In this document: in pieces, positions 39,101 to 55,000 of the stretch
Numbering within the stretch: position 1 is the first letter of the stretch
Layout: the number at the start of each line of letters is the position of its first letter
Assembly: GCA_964057225.1 (NCBI GenBank)
Contig: OZ059900.1
Location: 1,736,001 to 1,800,000 of the forward strand
Source: Auanema rhodensis
Lineage: Eukaryota > Animalia > Nematoda
Length of the DNA: 64,000 nucleotides
Reading direction: 5' to 3'
Translations under genes and position numbers: made by a program
The notes under the pieces: model-generated
Seen by the model: the letters and a program-made list of their open reading frames with translations, nothing else
Databases searched by the model: none
Told to the model about the DNA's origin: nothing

Positions 39101-42100
39101 TTTTCCGAGTTTTGAGTCCAATTGGGCTAAATCGCTCATATATATGATCAAAAGCATAGTTTCACTGTCTATGATAACAAAAGTCTTCAAATATACACTA
39201 GTAATGATTAAATCACTGAATTTCACTCAAATAGCATTACTACACTAAGTATGGTCGTTTTTATGCCTTTAACACCATATACTCACCGATTTTTGGTACA
39301 AAATCTGTAATACTTGTAAATTTTGATCATATTTGTTAAGATTCGAGAATCAAACACATAATACACGAAATAAGTCTATTTTTACAAGTTTGCACTGATA
39401 TTTATTCATTTTGATCAAAAAAAGGTCGAAAATAGAAAAATTTTTTGAAATTTCCGAGTTTTGAGTCCAATTTGGCTAAATCGCTCATATATAAGATCAA
39501 AAGCATAGTTTTATTGTCTATAACAACAAAAGTCATCAATTAAACGCTAGTGATATTTAAATACTGATTTTCGCTCAAGTAGCATTACTACACTAAGTAT
39601 GGTCGTTTTTATGCCTTTAACACCATATACTCACCGATTTTTGGTACAAAATCTGTAATACTTGTAAATTTTGATCATATTCGTTAAGATTTGAGAATCG
39701 AACATACAATACACAAAATCAGTCTATTTTTATGAGCTTGCACTGATATATATTCATTTTGATCAAAAAAGGTCGAAAATAGAAAGAATTTTTGAAATTT
39801 CCGAGTTTTGAGTCTAATTTGGCTAAATCGCTCATATATATGATCAGAAGCATAGTTTTAATGTCTATGACAACAAAAATCATCAATTAAACGCTAGTGA
39901 TATTTAAATACTGATTTTCGCTCAAGTAGCATTACTACACTAAGTATGGTCGTTTTTATGCCTTTAACACCATATACTCACCGATTTTTGGTACAAAATC
40001 TGTAATACTTGTAAATTTTGATCATATTCGTTAAGATTTGAGAATCGAACATACAATACACAAAATCAGTCTATTTTTATGAGCTTGCACTGATATATAT
40101 TCATTTTGATCAAAAAAGGTCGAAAATAGAAAGAATTTTTGAATTTTCCGAGTTTTGAGTCGAATTGGGCTAAATCGCTCATATATATGATCAAAAGCAT
40201 AGTTTTACTGTCTATGATAACAAAAGTCTTCAAATATACACTAATAATGATTAAATCACTGAATTTCACTCAAATAGCATTACTACACTAAGTATGGTCG
40301 TTTTTATGCCTTTAACACCATATACTCACCGATTTTTGGTACAAAATCTGTAATACTCGTAAATTTCGATCATATTCGTTAAGATTCGAGAATCAAACAC
40401 ACAATACACGAAATAAGTTTATTTTGACGAATTTGCACTGATATTTATTCATTTTGATCAAAAAAGGTCGAAAATAGAAAGAATTTTTTAATTTTCCGAG
40501 TTTTGAGTCCAATTGGGCTAAATCGCTCATATATATGATCAAAAGCATAGTTTCACTGTCTATGATAACAAAAGTCTTCAAATATACACTAGTAATGATT
40601 AAATCACTGAATTTCACTCAAATAGCATTACTACACTAAGTATGGTCGTTTTTATGCCTTTAACACCATATACTCACCGATTTTTGGTACAAAATCTGTG
40701 ATACTCGTAAATTTTGATCATATTCGTTAAGATTTGAGAATCAAACATACAATACACAAAATCAGTCTATTTTTATGAGCTTGCACTGATATATATTCAT
40801 TTTGATCAAAAAAGGTCGAAAATAGAATGAATTTTTGAAATTTCCGAGTTTTGAGTCTAATTTGGCTAAATCGCTCATATATATGATCAAAAGCATAGTT
40901 TTACTGTCTATGATAACAAAAGTCTTCAAATATACACTAATAATGATTAAATCACTGATTTTCAGTCAAATAGCATTACTACACTAAGTATGGTCGTTTT
41001 TATGCCTTTAACACCATATACTCACCGATTTTTGGTACAAAATCTGTAATACTTGTAAATTTTGATCATATTTGTTAAGATTCGAGAATCAAACACATAA
41101 TACACGAAATAAGTCTATTTTTACAAGTTTGCACTGATATTTATTCATTTTGATCAAAAAAGGTCGAAAATAGAAAAAATTTTTGAAATTTCCGAGTTTT
41201 GAGTCCAATTTGGCTAAATCGCTCATATATAAGATCAAAAGCATAGTTTTATTGTCTATAACAACAAAAGTCATCAATTAAACGCTAGTGATATTTAAAT
41301 ACTGATTTTCGCTCAAGTAGCATTACTACACTAAGTATGGTCGTTTTCATGCCTTTAACACCATATACTCACCGATTTTTGGTACAAAATCTGTAATACT
41401 TGTAAATTTTGATCATATTCGTTAAGATTTGAGAATCGAACATACAATACACAAAATCAGTCTATTTTTATGAGCTTGCACTGATATATATTCATTTTGA
41501 TCAAAAAAGGTCGAAAATAGAAAGAATTTTTGAAATTTCCGAGTTTTGAGTCTAATTTGGCTAAATCGCTCATATATATGATCAGAAGCATAGTTTTAAT
41601 GTCTATGACAACAAAAATCATCAATTAAACGCTAGTGATATTTAAATACTGATTTTCGCTCAAATAGCATTACTACACTAAGTATGGTCGTTTTTATGCT
41701 TTTAACACCATATACTCACCGATTTTTGGTACAAAATCTGTAATACTCGTAAAATTTGATCATATTTGTTAAGATTTGAGAATCAAACACACAATACACA
41801 AAATCAGTCTATTTTTATGAGTTTACACTGATATATATTCATTTTCATCAAAAAAGGTCGAAAATAGAAAGAATTTTTGAATTTTCCGAGTTTTGAGTCG
41901 AATTGGGCTAAATCGCTCATATATATGATCAAAAGCATAGTTTTACTGTCTATGATAACAAAAGTCTTCAAATATACACTAATAATGATTAAATCACTGA
42001 ATTTCACTCAAATAGCATTACTACACTAAGTATGGTCGTTTTTATGCCTTTAACACCATATACTCACCGATTTTTGGTACAAAATCTGTAATACTCGTAA

Positions 42101-43093
42101 ATTTCGATCATATTCGTTAAGATTCGAGAATCAAACACACAATACACGAAATAAGTTTATTTTGACGAATTTGCACTGATATTTATTCATTTTGATCAAA
42201 AAAGGTCGAAAATAGAAAGAATTTTTTAATTTTCCGAGTTTTGAGTCCAATTGGGCTAAATCGCTCATATATATGATCAAAAGCATAGTTTCACTGTCTA
42301 TGATAACAAAAGTCTTCAAATATACACTAGTAATGATTAAATCACTGAATTTCACTCAAATAGCATTACTACACTAAGTATGGTCGTTTTTATGCCTTTA
42401 ACACCATATACTCACCGATTTTTGGTACAAAATCTGTAATACTTGTAAATTTTGATCATATTTGTTAAGATTCGAGAATCAAACACATAATACACGAAAT
42501 AAGTCTATTTTTACAAGTTTGCACTGATATTTATTCATTTTGATCAAAAAAAGGTCGAAAATAGAAAAATTTTTTGAAATTTCCGAGTTTTGAGTCCAAT
42601 TTGGCTAAATCGCTCATATATAAGATCAAAAGCATAGTTTTATTGTCTATAACAACAAAAGTCATCAATTAAACGCTAGTGATATTTAAATACTGATTTT
42701 CGCTCAAGTAGCATTACTACACTAAGTATGGTCGTTTTTATGCCTTTAACACCATATACTCACCGATTTTTGGTACAAAATCTGTAATACTTGTAAATTT
42801 TGATCATATTCGTTAAGATTTGAGAATCGAACATACAATACACAAAATCAGTCTATTTTTATGAGCTTGCACTGATATATATTCATTTTGATCAAAAAAG
42901 GTCGAAAATAGAAAGAATTTTTGAAATTTCCGAGTTTTGAGTCTAATTTGGCTAAATCGCTCATATATATGATCAGAAGCATAGTTTTAATGTCTATGAC
43001 AACAAAAATCATCAATTAAACGCTAGTGTTGTTTAAATACTGATTTTCGCTCAAATAGCATTACTACACTAAGTATGGTCGTTTTTATGCCTT

Positions 43094-46000
43094 TAACACC
43101 ATATACTCACCGATTTTTGGTACAAAATCTGTAATACTCGTAAAATTTGATCATATTTGTTAAGATTTGAGAATCAAACACACAATACACAAAATCAGTC
43201 TATTTTTATGAGTTTACACTGATATATATTCATTTTCATCAAAAAAGGTCGAAAATAGAAAGAATTTTTGAATTTTCCGAGTTTTGAGTCGAATTGGGCT
43301 AAATCGCTCATATATATGATCAAAAGCATAGTTTTACTGTCTATGATAACAAAAGTCTTCAAATATACACTAATAATGATTAAATCACTGAATTTCACTC
43401 AAATAGCATTACTACACTAAGTATGGTCGTTTTTATGCCTTTAACACCATATACTCACCGATTTTTGGTACAAAATCTGTAATACTTGTAAATTTTGATC
43501 ATATTTGTTAAGATTCGAGAATCAAACACATAATACACAAAATAAGTCTATTTTTACAAGTTTGCACTGATATTTATTCATTTTGATCAAAAAAGGTCGA
43601 AAATAGAAAGAATTTTTAAAATTTCCGAGTTTTGAGTCCAATTTGGCTAAATCGCTCATATATATGATCAAAAGCATAGTTTTATTGTCTATAACAACAA
43701 AAGTCATCAATTAAACGCTAGTGATGTTTAAATACTGAATTTCGCTCAAATAGCATTACTACACTAAGTATGGTCGTTTTTATGCCTTTAACACCATATA
43801 CTCACCGATTTTTGGTACAAAATCTGTAATACTCGTAAATTTTGATCATATTCGTTAAGATTTGAGAATCAAACATACAATACACAAAATCAGTCTATTT
43901 TTATGAGCTTGCACTGATATATATTCATTTTGATCAAAAAAGGTCGAAAATAGAAAGAATTTTTGAAATTTCCGAGTTTTGAGTCTAATTTGGCTAAATC
44001 GCTCATATATATGATCAAAAGCATAGTTTTATTGTCTATGACAACAAAAGTCATCAATTAAATGCTAGTGATGTTTAAATACTGAATTTCGCTCAAATAG
44101 CATTACTACACTAAGTATGGTCGTTTTTATGCCTTTAACACCATATACTCACCGATTTTTGGTACAAAATCTGTAATACTCGTAAATTTTGATCATATTC
44201 GGTGAGATTCGAGAATCAAACACACAATACACGAAATAAGTTTATTTTGACGAGTTTGCACTGGTATTTATTCATTTTGATCAAAAAAGGTCGAAAATAG
44301 AAAGAATTTTTGAATTTTCCGAGTTTTGAGTCCAATTGGGCTAAATCGCTAATATATATGATCAAAAGCATAGTTTTACTGTCTATGATAACAAAAGTCT
44401 TCAAATATACACTAATAATGTGTAAATCACTGAATTTCACTCAAATAGCTTTACTACACTAAGTATGGTCGTTTTTATGCCTTTAACACCATATACTCAC
44501 CGATTTTTGGTACAAAATCTGTAATACTCGTAAATTTCGATCATATTCGTTAAGATTCGAGAATCAAACACACAATACACGAAATAAGTTTATTTTTACG
44601 AGTTTGCACTGATATTTATTCATTTTGATCAAAAAAGGTCGAAAATAGAAAGAATTTTTGAATTTTCCGAGTTTTGAGTCCAATTGGGCTAAATCGCTCA
44701 TATATATGATCAAAAGCATAGTTTCACTGTCTATGATAACAAAAGTCTTCAAATATACACTAATAATGATTAAATCACTGAATTTCACTCAAATAGCATT
44801 ACTACACTAAGTATGGTCGTTTTTATGCCTTTAACACCATATACTCACCGATTTTTGGTACAAAATCTGTAATACTCGTAAATTTCGATCATATTCGTTA
44901 AGATTCGAGAATCAAACACACAATACACGAAATAAGTTTATTTTTACGAGTTTGCACTGATATTTATTCATTTTGATCAAAAAAGGTCGAAAATAGAAAG
45001 AATTTTTGAATTTTCCGAGTTTTGAGTCCAATTGGGCTAAATCGCTCATATATATGATCAAAAGCATAGTTTCACTGTCTATGATAACAAAAGTCTTCAA
45101 ATATACACTAGTAATGATGAAATCACTGAATTTCACTCAAATAGCATTACTACACTAAGTATGGTCGTTTTTATGCCTTTAACACCATATACTCACCGAT
45201 TTTTGGTACAAAATCTGTAATACTTGTAAATTTTGATCATATTTGTTAAGATTCGAGAATCAAACACATAATACACGAAATAAGTCTATTTTTACAAGTT
45301 TGCACTGATATTTATTCATTTTGATCAAAAAAGGTCGAAAATAGAAAGAATTTTTGAAATTTCCGAGTTTTGAGTCCAATTTGGCTAAATCGCTCATATA
45401 TATGATCAAAAGCATAGTGTTATTGTCTATAACAACAAAAGTCATCAATTAAACGCTAGTGATGTTTAAATACTGAATTTCGCTCAAATAGCATTACTAC
45501 ACTAAGTATGGTCGTTTTTATGCCTTTAACACCATATACTCACCGATTTTTGGTACAAAATCTGTAATACTCGTAAATTTTGATCATATTCGTTAAGATT
45601 TGAGAATCAAACATACAATACACAAAATCAGTCTATTTTTATGAGCTTGCACTGATATATATTCATTTTGATCAAAAAAGGTCGAAAATAGAAAGAATTT
45701 TTGAAATTTCCGAGTTTTGAGTCTAATTTGGCTAAATCGCTCATATATATGATCAAAAGCATAGTTTTATTGTCTATGACAACAAAAGTCATCAATTAAA
45801 TGCTAGTGATGTTTAAATACTGAATTTCGCTCAAATAGCATTACTACACTAAGTATGGTCGTTTTTATGCCTTTAACACCATATACTCACCGATTTTTGG
45901 TACAAAATCTGTAATACTCGTAAATTTTGATCATATCCGGTGAGATTCGAGAATCAAACACACAATACACGAAATAAGTTTATTTTGACGAGTTTGCACT

Positions 46001-49000
46001 GGTATTTATTCATTTTGATCAAAAAAGGTCGAAAATAGAAAGAATTTTTGAATTTTCCGAGTTTTGAGTCCAATTGGGCTAAATCGCTCATATATATGAT
46101 CAAAAGCATAGTTTTACTGTCTATGATAACAAAAGTCTTCAAATATACACTAATAATGTGTAAATCACTGAATTTCACTCAAATAGCTTTACTACACTAA
46201 GTATGGTCGTTTTTATGCCTTTAACACCATATACTCACCGATTTTTGGTACAAAATCTGTAATACTCGTAAATTTCGATCATATTCGTTAAGATTCGAGA
46301 ATCAAACACACAATACACGAAATAAGTTTATTTTTACGAGTTTGCACTGATATTTATTCATTTTGATCAAAAAAGGTCGAAAATAGAAAGAATTTTTGAA
46401 TTTTCCGAGTTTTGAGTCCAATTGGGCTAAATCGCTCATATATATGATCAAAAGCATAGTTTCACTGTCTATGATAACAAAAGTCTTCAAATATACACTA
46501 GTAATGATTAAATCACTGAATTTCACTCAAATAGCATTACTACACTAAGTATGGTCGTTTTTATGCCTTTAACACCATATACTCACCGATTTTTGGTACA
46601 AAATCTGTAATACTTGTAAATTTTGATCATATTTGTTAAGATTCGAGAATCAAACACATAATACACGAAATAAGTCTATTTTTACAAGTTTGCACTGATA
46701 TTTATTCATTTTGATCAAAAAAAGGTCGAAAATAGAAAAATTTTTTGAAATTTCCGAGTTTTGAGTCCAATTTGGCTAAATCGCTCATATATAAGATCAA
46801 AAGCATAGTTTTATTGTCTATAACAACAAAAGTCATCAATTAAACGCTAGTGATATTTAAATACTGATTTTCGCTCAAGTAGCATTACTACACTAAGTAT
46901 GGTCGTTTTTATGCCTTTAACACCATATACTCACCGATTTTTGGTACAAAATCTGTAATACTTGTAAATTTTGATCATATTCGTTAAGATTTGAGAATCG
47001 AACATACAATACACAAAATCAGTCTATTTTTATGAGCTTGCACTGATATATATTCATTTTGATCAAAAAAGGTCGAAAATAGAAAGAATTTTTGAAATTT
47101 CCGAGTTTTGAGTCTAATTTGGCTAAATCGCTCATATATATGATCAGAAGCATAGTTTTAATGTCTATGACAACAAAAATCATCAATTAAACGCTAGTGA
47201 TGTTTAAATACTGATTTTCGCTCAAATAGCATTACTACACTAAGTATGGTCGTTTTTATGCCTTTAACACCATATACTCACCGATTTTTGGTACAAAATC
47301 TGTAATACTCGTAAAATTTGATCATATTTGTTAAGATTTGAGAATCAAACACACAATACACGAAATAAGTTTATTTTGACGAGTTTGCACTGGTATTTAT
47401 TCATTTTGATCAAAAAAGGTCGAAAATAGAAAGAATTTTTGAATTTTCCGAGTTTTGAGTCCAATTGGGCTAAATCGCTCATATATATGATCAAAAGCAT
47501 AGTTTTACTGTCTATGATAACAAAAGTCATCAATTAAACGCTAGTGATGTTTAAATACTGAATTTCGCTCAAATAGCATTACTACACTAAGTATGGTCGT
47601 TTTTATGCCTTTAACACCATATACTCACCGATTTTTGGTACAAAATCTGTAATACTCGTAAATTTTGATCATATTCGTTAAGATTTGAGAATCAAACATA
47701 CAATACACAAAATCAGTCTATTTTTATGAGCTTGCACTGATATATATTCATTTTGATCAAAAAAGGTCGAAAATAGAAAGAATTTTTGAAATTTCCGAGT
47801 TTTGAGTCTAATTTGGCTAAATCGCTCATATATATGATCAAAAGCATAGTTTTATTGTCTATGACAACAAAAGTCATCAATTAAATGCTAGTGATGTTTA
47901 AATACTGAATTTCGCTCAAATAGCATTACTACACTAAGTATGGTCGTTTTTATGCCTTTAACACCATATACTCACCGATTTTTGGTACAAAATCTGTAAT
48001 ACTCGTAAATTTTGATCATATTCGGTGAGATTCGAGAATCAAACACACAATACACGAAATAAGTTTATTTTGACGAGTTTGCACTGGTATTTATTCATTT
48101 TGATCAAAAAAGGTCGAAAATAGAAAGAATTTTTGAATTTTCCGAGTTTTGAGTCCAATTGGGCTAAATCGCTAATATATATGATCAAAAGCATAGTTTT
48201 ACTGTCTATGATAACGAAAGTCTTCAAATATACACTAATAATGTGTAAATCACTGAATTTCACTCAAATAGCTTTACTACACTAAGTATGGTCGTTTTTA
48301 TGCCTTTAACACCATATACTCACCGATTTTTGGTACAAAATCTGTAATACTCGTAAATTTCGATCATATTCGTTAAGATTCGAGAATCAAACACACAATA
48401 CACGAAATAAGTTTATTTTTACGAGTTTGCACTGATATTTATTCATTTTGATCAAAAAAGGTCGAAAATAGAAAGAATTTTTGAATTTTCCGAGTTTTGA
48501 GTCCAATTGGGCTAAATCGCTCATATATATGATCAAAAGCATAGTTTCACTGTCTATGATAACAAAAGTCTTCAAATATACACTAATAATGATTAAATCA
48601 CTGAATTTCACTCAAATAGCATTACTACACTAAGTATGGTCGTTTTTATGCCTTTAACACCATATACTCACCGATTTTTGGTACAAAATCTGTAATACTT
48701 GTAAATTTTGATCATATTTGTTAAGATTCGAGAATCAAACACATAATACACAAAATAAGTCTATTTTTACAAGTTTGCACTGATATTTATTCATTTTGAT
48801 CAAAAAAGGTCGAAAATAGAAAGAATTTTTGAAATTTCCGAGTTTTGAGTCCAATTTGGCTAAATCGCTCATATATATGATCAAAAGCATAGTTTTATTG
48901 TCTATAACAACAAAAGTCATCAATTAAACGCTAGTGATGTTTAAATACTGAATTTCGCTCAAATAGCATTACTACACTAAGTATGGTCGTTTTTATGCCT

Positions 49001-52000
49001 TTAACACCATATACTCACCGATTTTTGGTACAAAATCTGTAATACTCGTAGATTTTGATCATATTCGTTAAGATTTGAGAATCAAACATACAATACACAA
49101 AATCAGTCTATTTTTATGAGCTTGCACTGATATATATTCATTTTGATCAAAAAAGGTCGAAAATAGAAAGAATTTTTGAAATTTCCGAGTTTTGAGTCTA
49201 ATTTGGCTAAATCGCTCATATATATGATCAAAAGCATAGTTTTATTGTCTATGACAACAAAAGTCATCAATTAAATGCTAGTGATGTTTAAATACTGAAT
49301 TTCGCTCAAATAGCATTACTACACTAAGTATGGTCGTTTTTATGCCTTTAACACCATATACTCACCGATTTTTGGTACAAAATCTGTAATACTCGTAAAT
49401 TTTGATCATATTCGGTGAGATTCGAGAATCAAACACACAATACACGAAATAAGTTTATTTTGACGAGTTTGCACTGGTATTTATTCATTTTGATCAAAAA
49501 AGGTCGAAAATAGAAAGAATTTTTGAATTTTCCGAGTTTTGAGTCCAATTGGGCTAAATCGCTCATATATATGATCAAAAGCATAGTTTTACTGTCTATG
49601 ATAACAAAAGTCTTCAAATATACACTAATAATGTGTAAATCACTGAATTTCACTCAAATAGCTTTACTACACTAAGTATGGTCGTTTTTATGACTTTAAC
49701 ACCATATACTCACCGATTTTTGGTACAAAATCTGTAATACTCGTAAATTTTGATCATATTCGGTGAGATTCGAGAATCAAACACACAATACACGAAATAA
49801 GTTTATTTTGACGAGTTTGCACTGGTATTTATTCATTTTGATCAAAAAAGGTCGAAAATAGAAAGAATTTTTGAATTTTCCGAGTTTTGAGTCCAATTGG
49901 GCTAAATCGCTAATATATATGATCAAAAGCATAGTTTTACTGTCTATGATAACAAAAGTCTTCAAATATACACTAATAATGTGTAAATCACTGAATTTCA
50001 CTCAAATAGCTTTACTACACTAAGTATGGTCGTTTTTATGCCTTTAACACCATATACTCACCGATTTTTGGTACAAAATCTGTAATACTTGTAAATTTTG
50101 ATCATATTCGTTAAGATTTGAGAATCAAACATACAATACACAAAATCAGTCTATTTTTATGAGCTTGCACTGATATATATTCATTTTGATCAAAAAAGGT
50201 CGAAAATAGAAAGAATTTTTGAAATTTCCGAGTTTTGAGTCTAATTTGGCTAAATCGCTCATATATATGATCAAAAGCATAGTTTTATTGTCTATGACAA
50301 CAAAAGTCATCAATTAAATGCTAGTGATGTTTAAATACTGAATTTCGCTCAAATAGCATTACTACACTAAGTATGGTCGTTTTTATGCCTTTAACACCAT
50401 ATACTCACCGATTTTTGGTACAAAATCTGTAATACTCGTAAATTTTGATCATATTCGTTAAGATTTGAGAATCAAACATACAATACACAAAATCAGTCTA
50501 TTTTTATGAGCTTGCACTGATATATATTCATTTTGATCAAAAAAGGTCGAAAATAGAAAGAATTTTTGAAATTTCCGAGTTTTGAGTCTAATTTGGCTAA
50601 ATCGCTCATATATATGATCAAAAGCATAGTTTTATTGTCTATGACAACAAAAGTCATCAATTAAATGCTAGTGATGTTTAAATACTGAATTTCGCTCAAA
50701 TAGCATTACTACACTAAGTATGGTCGTTTTTATGCCTTTAACACCATATACTCACCGATTTTTGGTACAAAATCTGTAATACTCGTAAATTTTGATCATA
50801 TTCGGTGAGATTCGAGAATCAAACACACAATACACGAAATAAGTTTATTTTGACGAGTTTGCACTGGTATTTATTCATTTTGATCAAAAAAGGTCGAAAA
50901 TAGAAAGAATTTTTGAATTTTCCGAGTTTTGAGTCCAATTGGGCTAAATCGCTAATATATATGATCAAAAGCATAGTTTTACTGTCTATGATAACAAAAG
51001 TCTTCAAATATACACTAATAATGTGTAAATCACTGAATTTCACTCAAATAGCTTTACTACACTAAGTATGGTCGTTTTTATGCCTTTAACACCATATACT
51101 CACCGATTTTTGGTACAAAATCTGTAATACTCGTAAATTTCGATCATATTCGTTAAGATTCGAGAATCAAACACACAATACACGAAATAAGTTTATTTTT
51201 ACGAGTTTGCACTGATATTTATTCATTTTGATCAAAAAAGGTCGAAAATAGAAAGAATTTTTGAATTTTCCGAGTTTTGAGTCCAATTGGGCTAAATCGC
51301 TCATATATATGATCAAAAGCATAGTTTCACTGTCTATGATAACAAAAGTCTTCAAATATACACTAATAATGATTAAATCACTGAATTTCACTCAAATAGC
51401 ATTACTACACTAAGTATGGTCGTTTTTATGCCTTTAACACCATATACTCACCGATTTTTGGTACAAAATCTGTAATACTTGTAAATTTTGATCATATTTG
51501 TTAAGATTCGAGAATCAAACACATAATACACAAAATAAGTCTATTTTTACAAGTTTGCACTGATATTTATTCATTTTGATCAAAAAAGGTCGAAAATAGA
51601 AAGAATTTTTGAAATTTCCGAGTTTTGAGTCCAATTTGGCTAAATCGCTCATATATATGATCAAAAGCATAGTTTTATTGTCTATAACAACAAAAGTCAT
51701 CAATTAAACGCTAGTGATGTTTAAATACTGAATTTCGCTCAAATAGCATTACTACACTAAGTATGGTCGTTTTTATGCCTTTAACACCATATACTCACCG
51801 ATTTTTGGTACAAAATCTGTAATACTCGTAAATTTTGATCATATTCGTTAAGATTTGTGAATCAAACATACAATACACAGAATCAGTCTATTTTTATGAG
51901 CTTGCACTGATATATATTCATTTTGATCAAAAAAGGTCGAAAATAGAAAGAATTTTTGAAATTTCCGAGTTTTGAGTCTAATTTGGCTAAATCGCTCATA

Positions 52001-55000
52001 TATATGATCAAAAGCATAGTTTTATTGTCTATGACAACAAAAGTCATCAATTAAATGCTAGTGATGTTTAAATACTGAATTTCGCTCAAATAGCATTACT
52101 ACACTAAGTATGGTCGTTTTTATGCCTTTAACACCATATACTCACCGATTTTTGGTACAAAATCTGTAATACTCGTAAATTTTGATCATATTCGGTGAGA
52201 TTCGAGAATCAAACACACAATACACGAAATAAGTTTATTTTGACGAGTTTGCACTGGTATTTATTCATTTTGATCAAAAAAGGTCGAAAATAGAAAGAAT
52301 TTTTGAATTTTCCGAGTTTTGAGTCCAATTGGGCTAAATCGCTCATATATATGATCAAAAGCATAGTTTTACTGTCTATGATAACAAAAGTCTTCAAATA
52401 TACACTAATAATGTGTAAATCACTGAATTTCACTCAAATAGCTTTACTACACTAAGTATGGTCGTTTTTATGCCTTTAACACCATATACTCACCGATTTT
52501 TGGTACAAAATCTGTAATACTCGTAAATTTCGATCATATTCGTTAAGATTCGAGAATCAAACACACAATACACGAAATAAGTTTATTTTTACGAGTTTGC
52601 ACTGATATTTATTCATTTTGATCAAAAAAGGTCGAAAATAGAAAGAATTTTTGAATTTTCCGAGTTTTGAGTCCAATTGGGCTAAATCGCTCATATATAT
52701 GATCAAAAGCATAGTTTCACTGTCTATGATAACAAAAGTCTTCAAATATACACTAGTAATGATTAAATCACTGAATTTCACTCAAATAGCATTACTACAC
52801 TAAGTATGGTCGTTTTTATGCCTTTAACACCATATACTCACCGATTTTTGGTACAAAATCTGTAATACTTGTAAATTTTGATCATATTTGTTAAGATTCG
52901 AGAATCAAACACATAATACACGAAATAAGTCTATTTTTACAAGTTTGCACTGATATTTATTCATTTTGATCAAAAAAAGGTCGAAAATAGAAAAATTTTT
53001 TGAAATTTCCGAGTTTTGAGTCCAATTTGGCTAAATCGCTCATATATAAGATCAAAAGCATAGTTTTATTGTCTATAACAACAAAAGTCATCAATTAAAC
53101 GCTAGTGATATTTAAATACTGATTTTCGCTCAAGTAGCATTACTACACTAAGTATGGTCGTTTTTATGCCTTTAACACCATATACTCACCGATTTTTGGT
53201 ACAAAATCTGTAATACTTGTAAATTTTGATCATATTCGTTAAGATTTGAGAATCGAACATACAATACACAAAATCAGTCTATTTTTATGAGCTTGCACTG
53301 ATATATATTCATTTTGATCAAAAAAGGTCGAAAATAGAAAGAATTTTTGAAATTTCCGAGTTTTGAGTCTAATTTGGCTAAATCGCTCATATATATGATC
53401 AGAAGCATAGTTTTAATGTCTATGACAACAAAAATCATCAATTAAACGCTAGTGATATTTAAATACTGATTTTCGCTCAAGTAGCATTACTACACTAAGT
53501 ATGGTCGTTTTTATGCCTTTAACACCATATACTCACCGATTTTTGGTACAAAATCTGTAATACTTGTAAATTTTGATCATATTCGTTAAGATTTGAGAAT
53601 CGAACATACAATACACAAAATCAGTCTATTTTTATGAGCTTGCACTGATATATATTCATTTTGATCAAAAAAGGTCGAAAATAGAAAGAATTTTTGAATT
53701 TTCCGAGTTTTGAGTCGAATTGGGCTAAATCGCTCATATATATGATCAAAAGCATAGTTTTACTGTCTATGATAACAAAAGTCTTCAAATATACACTAAT
53801 AATGATTAAATCACTGAATTTCACTCAAATAGCATCACTACACTAAGTATGGTCGTTTTTATGCCTTTAACACCATATACTCACCGATTTTTGGTACAAA
53901 ATCTGTAATACTCGTAAATTTCGATCATATTCGTTAAGATTCGAGAATCAAACACACAATACACGAAATAAGTTTATTTTGACGAATTTGCACTGATATT
54001 TATTCATTTTGATCAAAAAAGGTCGAAAATAGAAAGAATTTTTTAATTTTCCGAGTTTTGAGTCCAATTGGGCTAAATCGCTCATATATATGATCAAAAG
54101 CATAGTTTCACTGTCTATGATAACAAAAGTCTTCAAATATACACTAGTAATGATTAAATCACTGAATTTCACTCAAATAGCATTACTACACTAAGTATGG
54201 TCGTTTTTATGCCTTTAACACCATATACTCACCGATTTTTGGTACAAAATCTGTGATACTCGTAAATTTTGATCATATTCGTTAAGATTTGAGAATCAAA
54301 CATACAATACACAAAATCAGTCTATTTTTATGAGCTTGCACTGATATATATTCATTTTGATCAAAAAAGGTCGAAAATAGAATGAATTTTTGAAATTTCC
54401 GAGTTTTGAGTCTAATTTGGCTAAATCGCTCATATATATGATCAAAAGCATAGTTTTACTGTCTATGATAACAAAAGTCTTCAAATATACACTAATAATG
54501 ATTAAATCACTGATTTTCAGTCAAATAGCATTACTACACTAAGTATGGTCGTTTTTATGCCTTTAACACCATATACTCACCGATTTTTGGTACAAAATCT
54601 GTAATACTTGTAAATTTTGATCATATTTGTTAAGATTCGAGAATCAAACACATAATACACGAAATAAGTCTATTTTTACAAGTTTGCACTGATATTTATT
54701 CATTTTGATCAAAAAAGGTCGAAAATAGAAAAAATTTTTGAAATTTCCGAGTTTTGAGTCCAATTTGGCTAAATCGCTCATATATAAGATCAAAAGCATA
54801 GTTTTATTGTCTATAACAACAAAAGTCATCAATTAAACGCTAGTGATATTTAAATACTGATTTTCGCTCAAGTAGCATTACTACACTAAGTATGGTCGTT
54901 TTCATGCCTTTAACACCATATACTCACCGATTTTTGGTACAAAATCTGTAATACTTGTAAATTTTGATCATATTCGTTAAGATTTGAGAATCGAACATAC

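Larger units (their letters stand above)
27803..43093. repeat. HOR copy 3 (44 monomers, 15,291 bp)
   Basis: Length equals 13555 + 1042 (trimer duplication) + 695 (dimer duplication) - 1 (homopolymer base lost near 32490). Confidence 0.9.
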
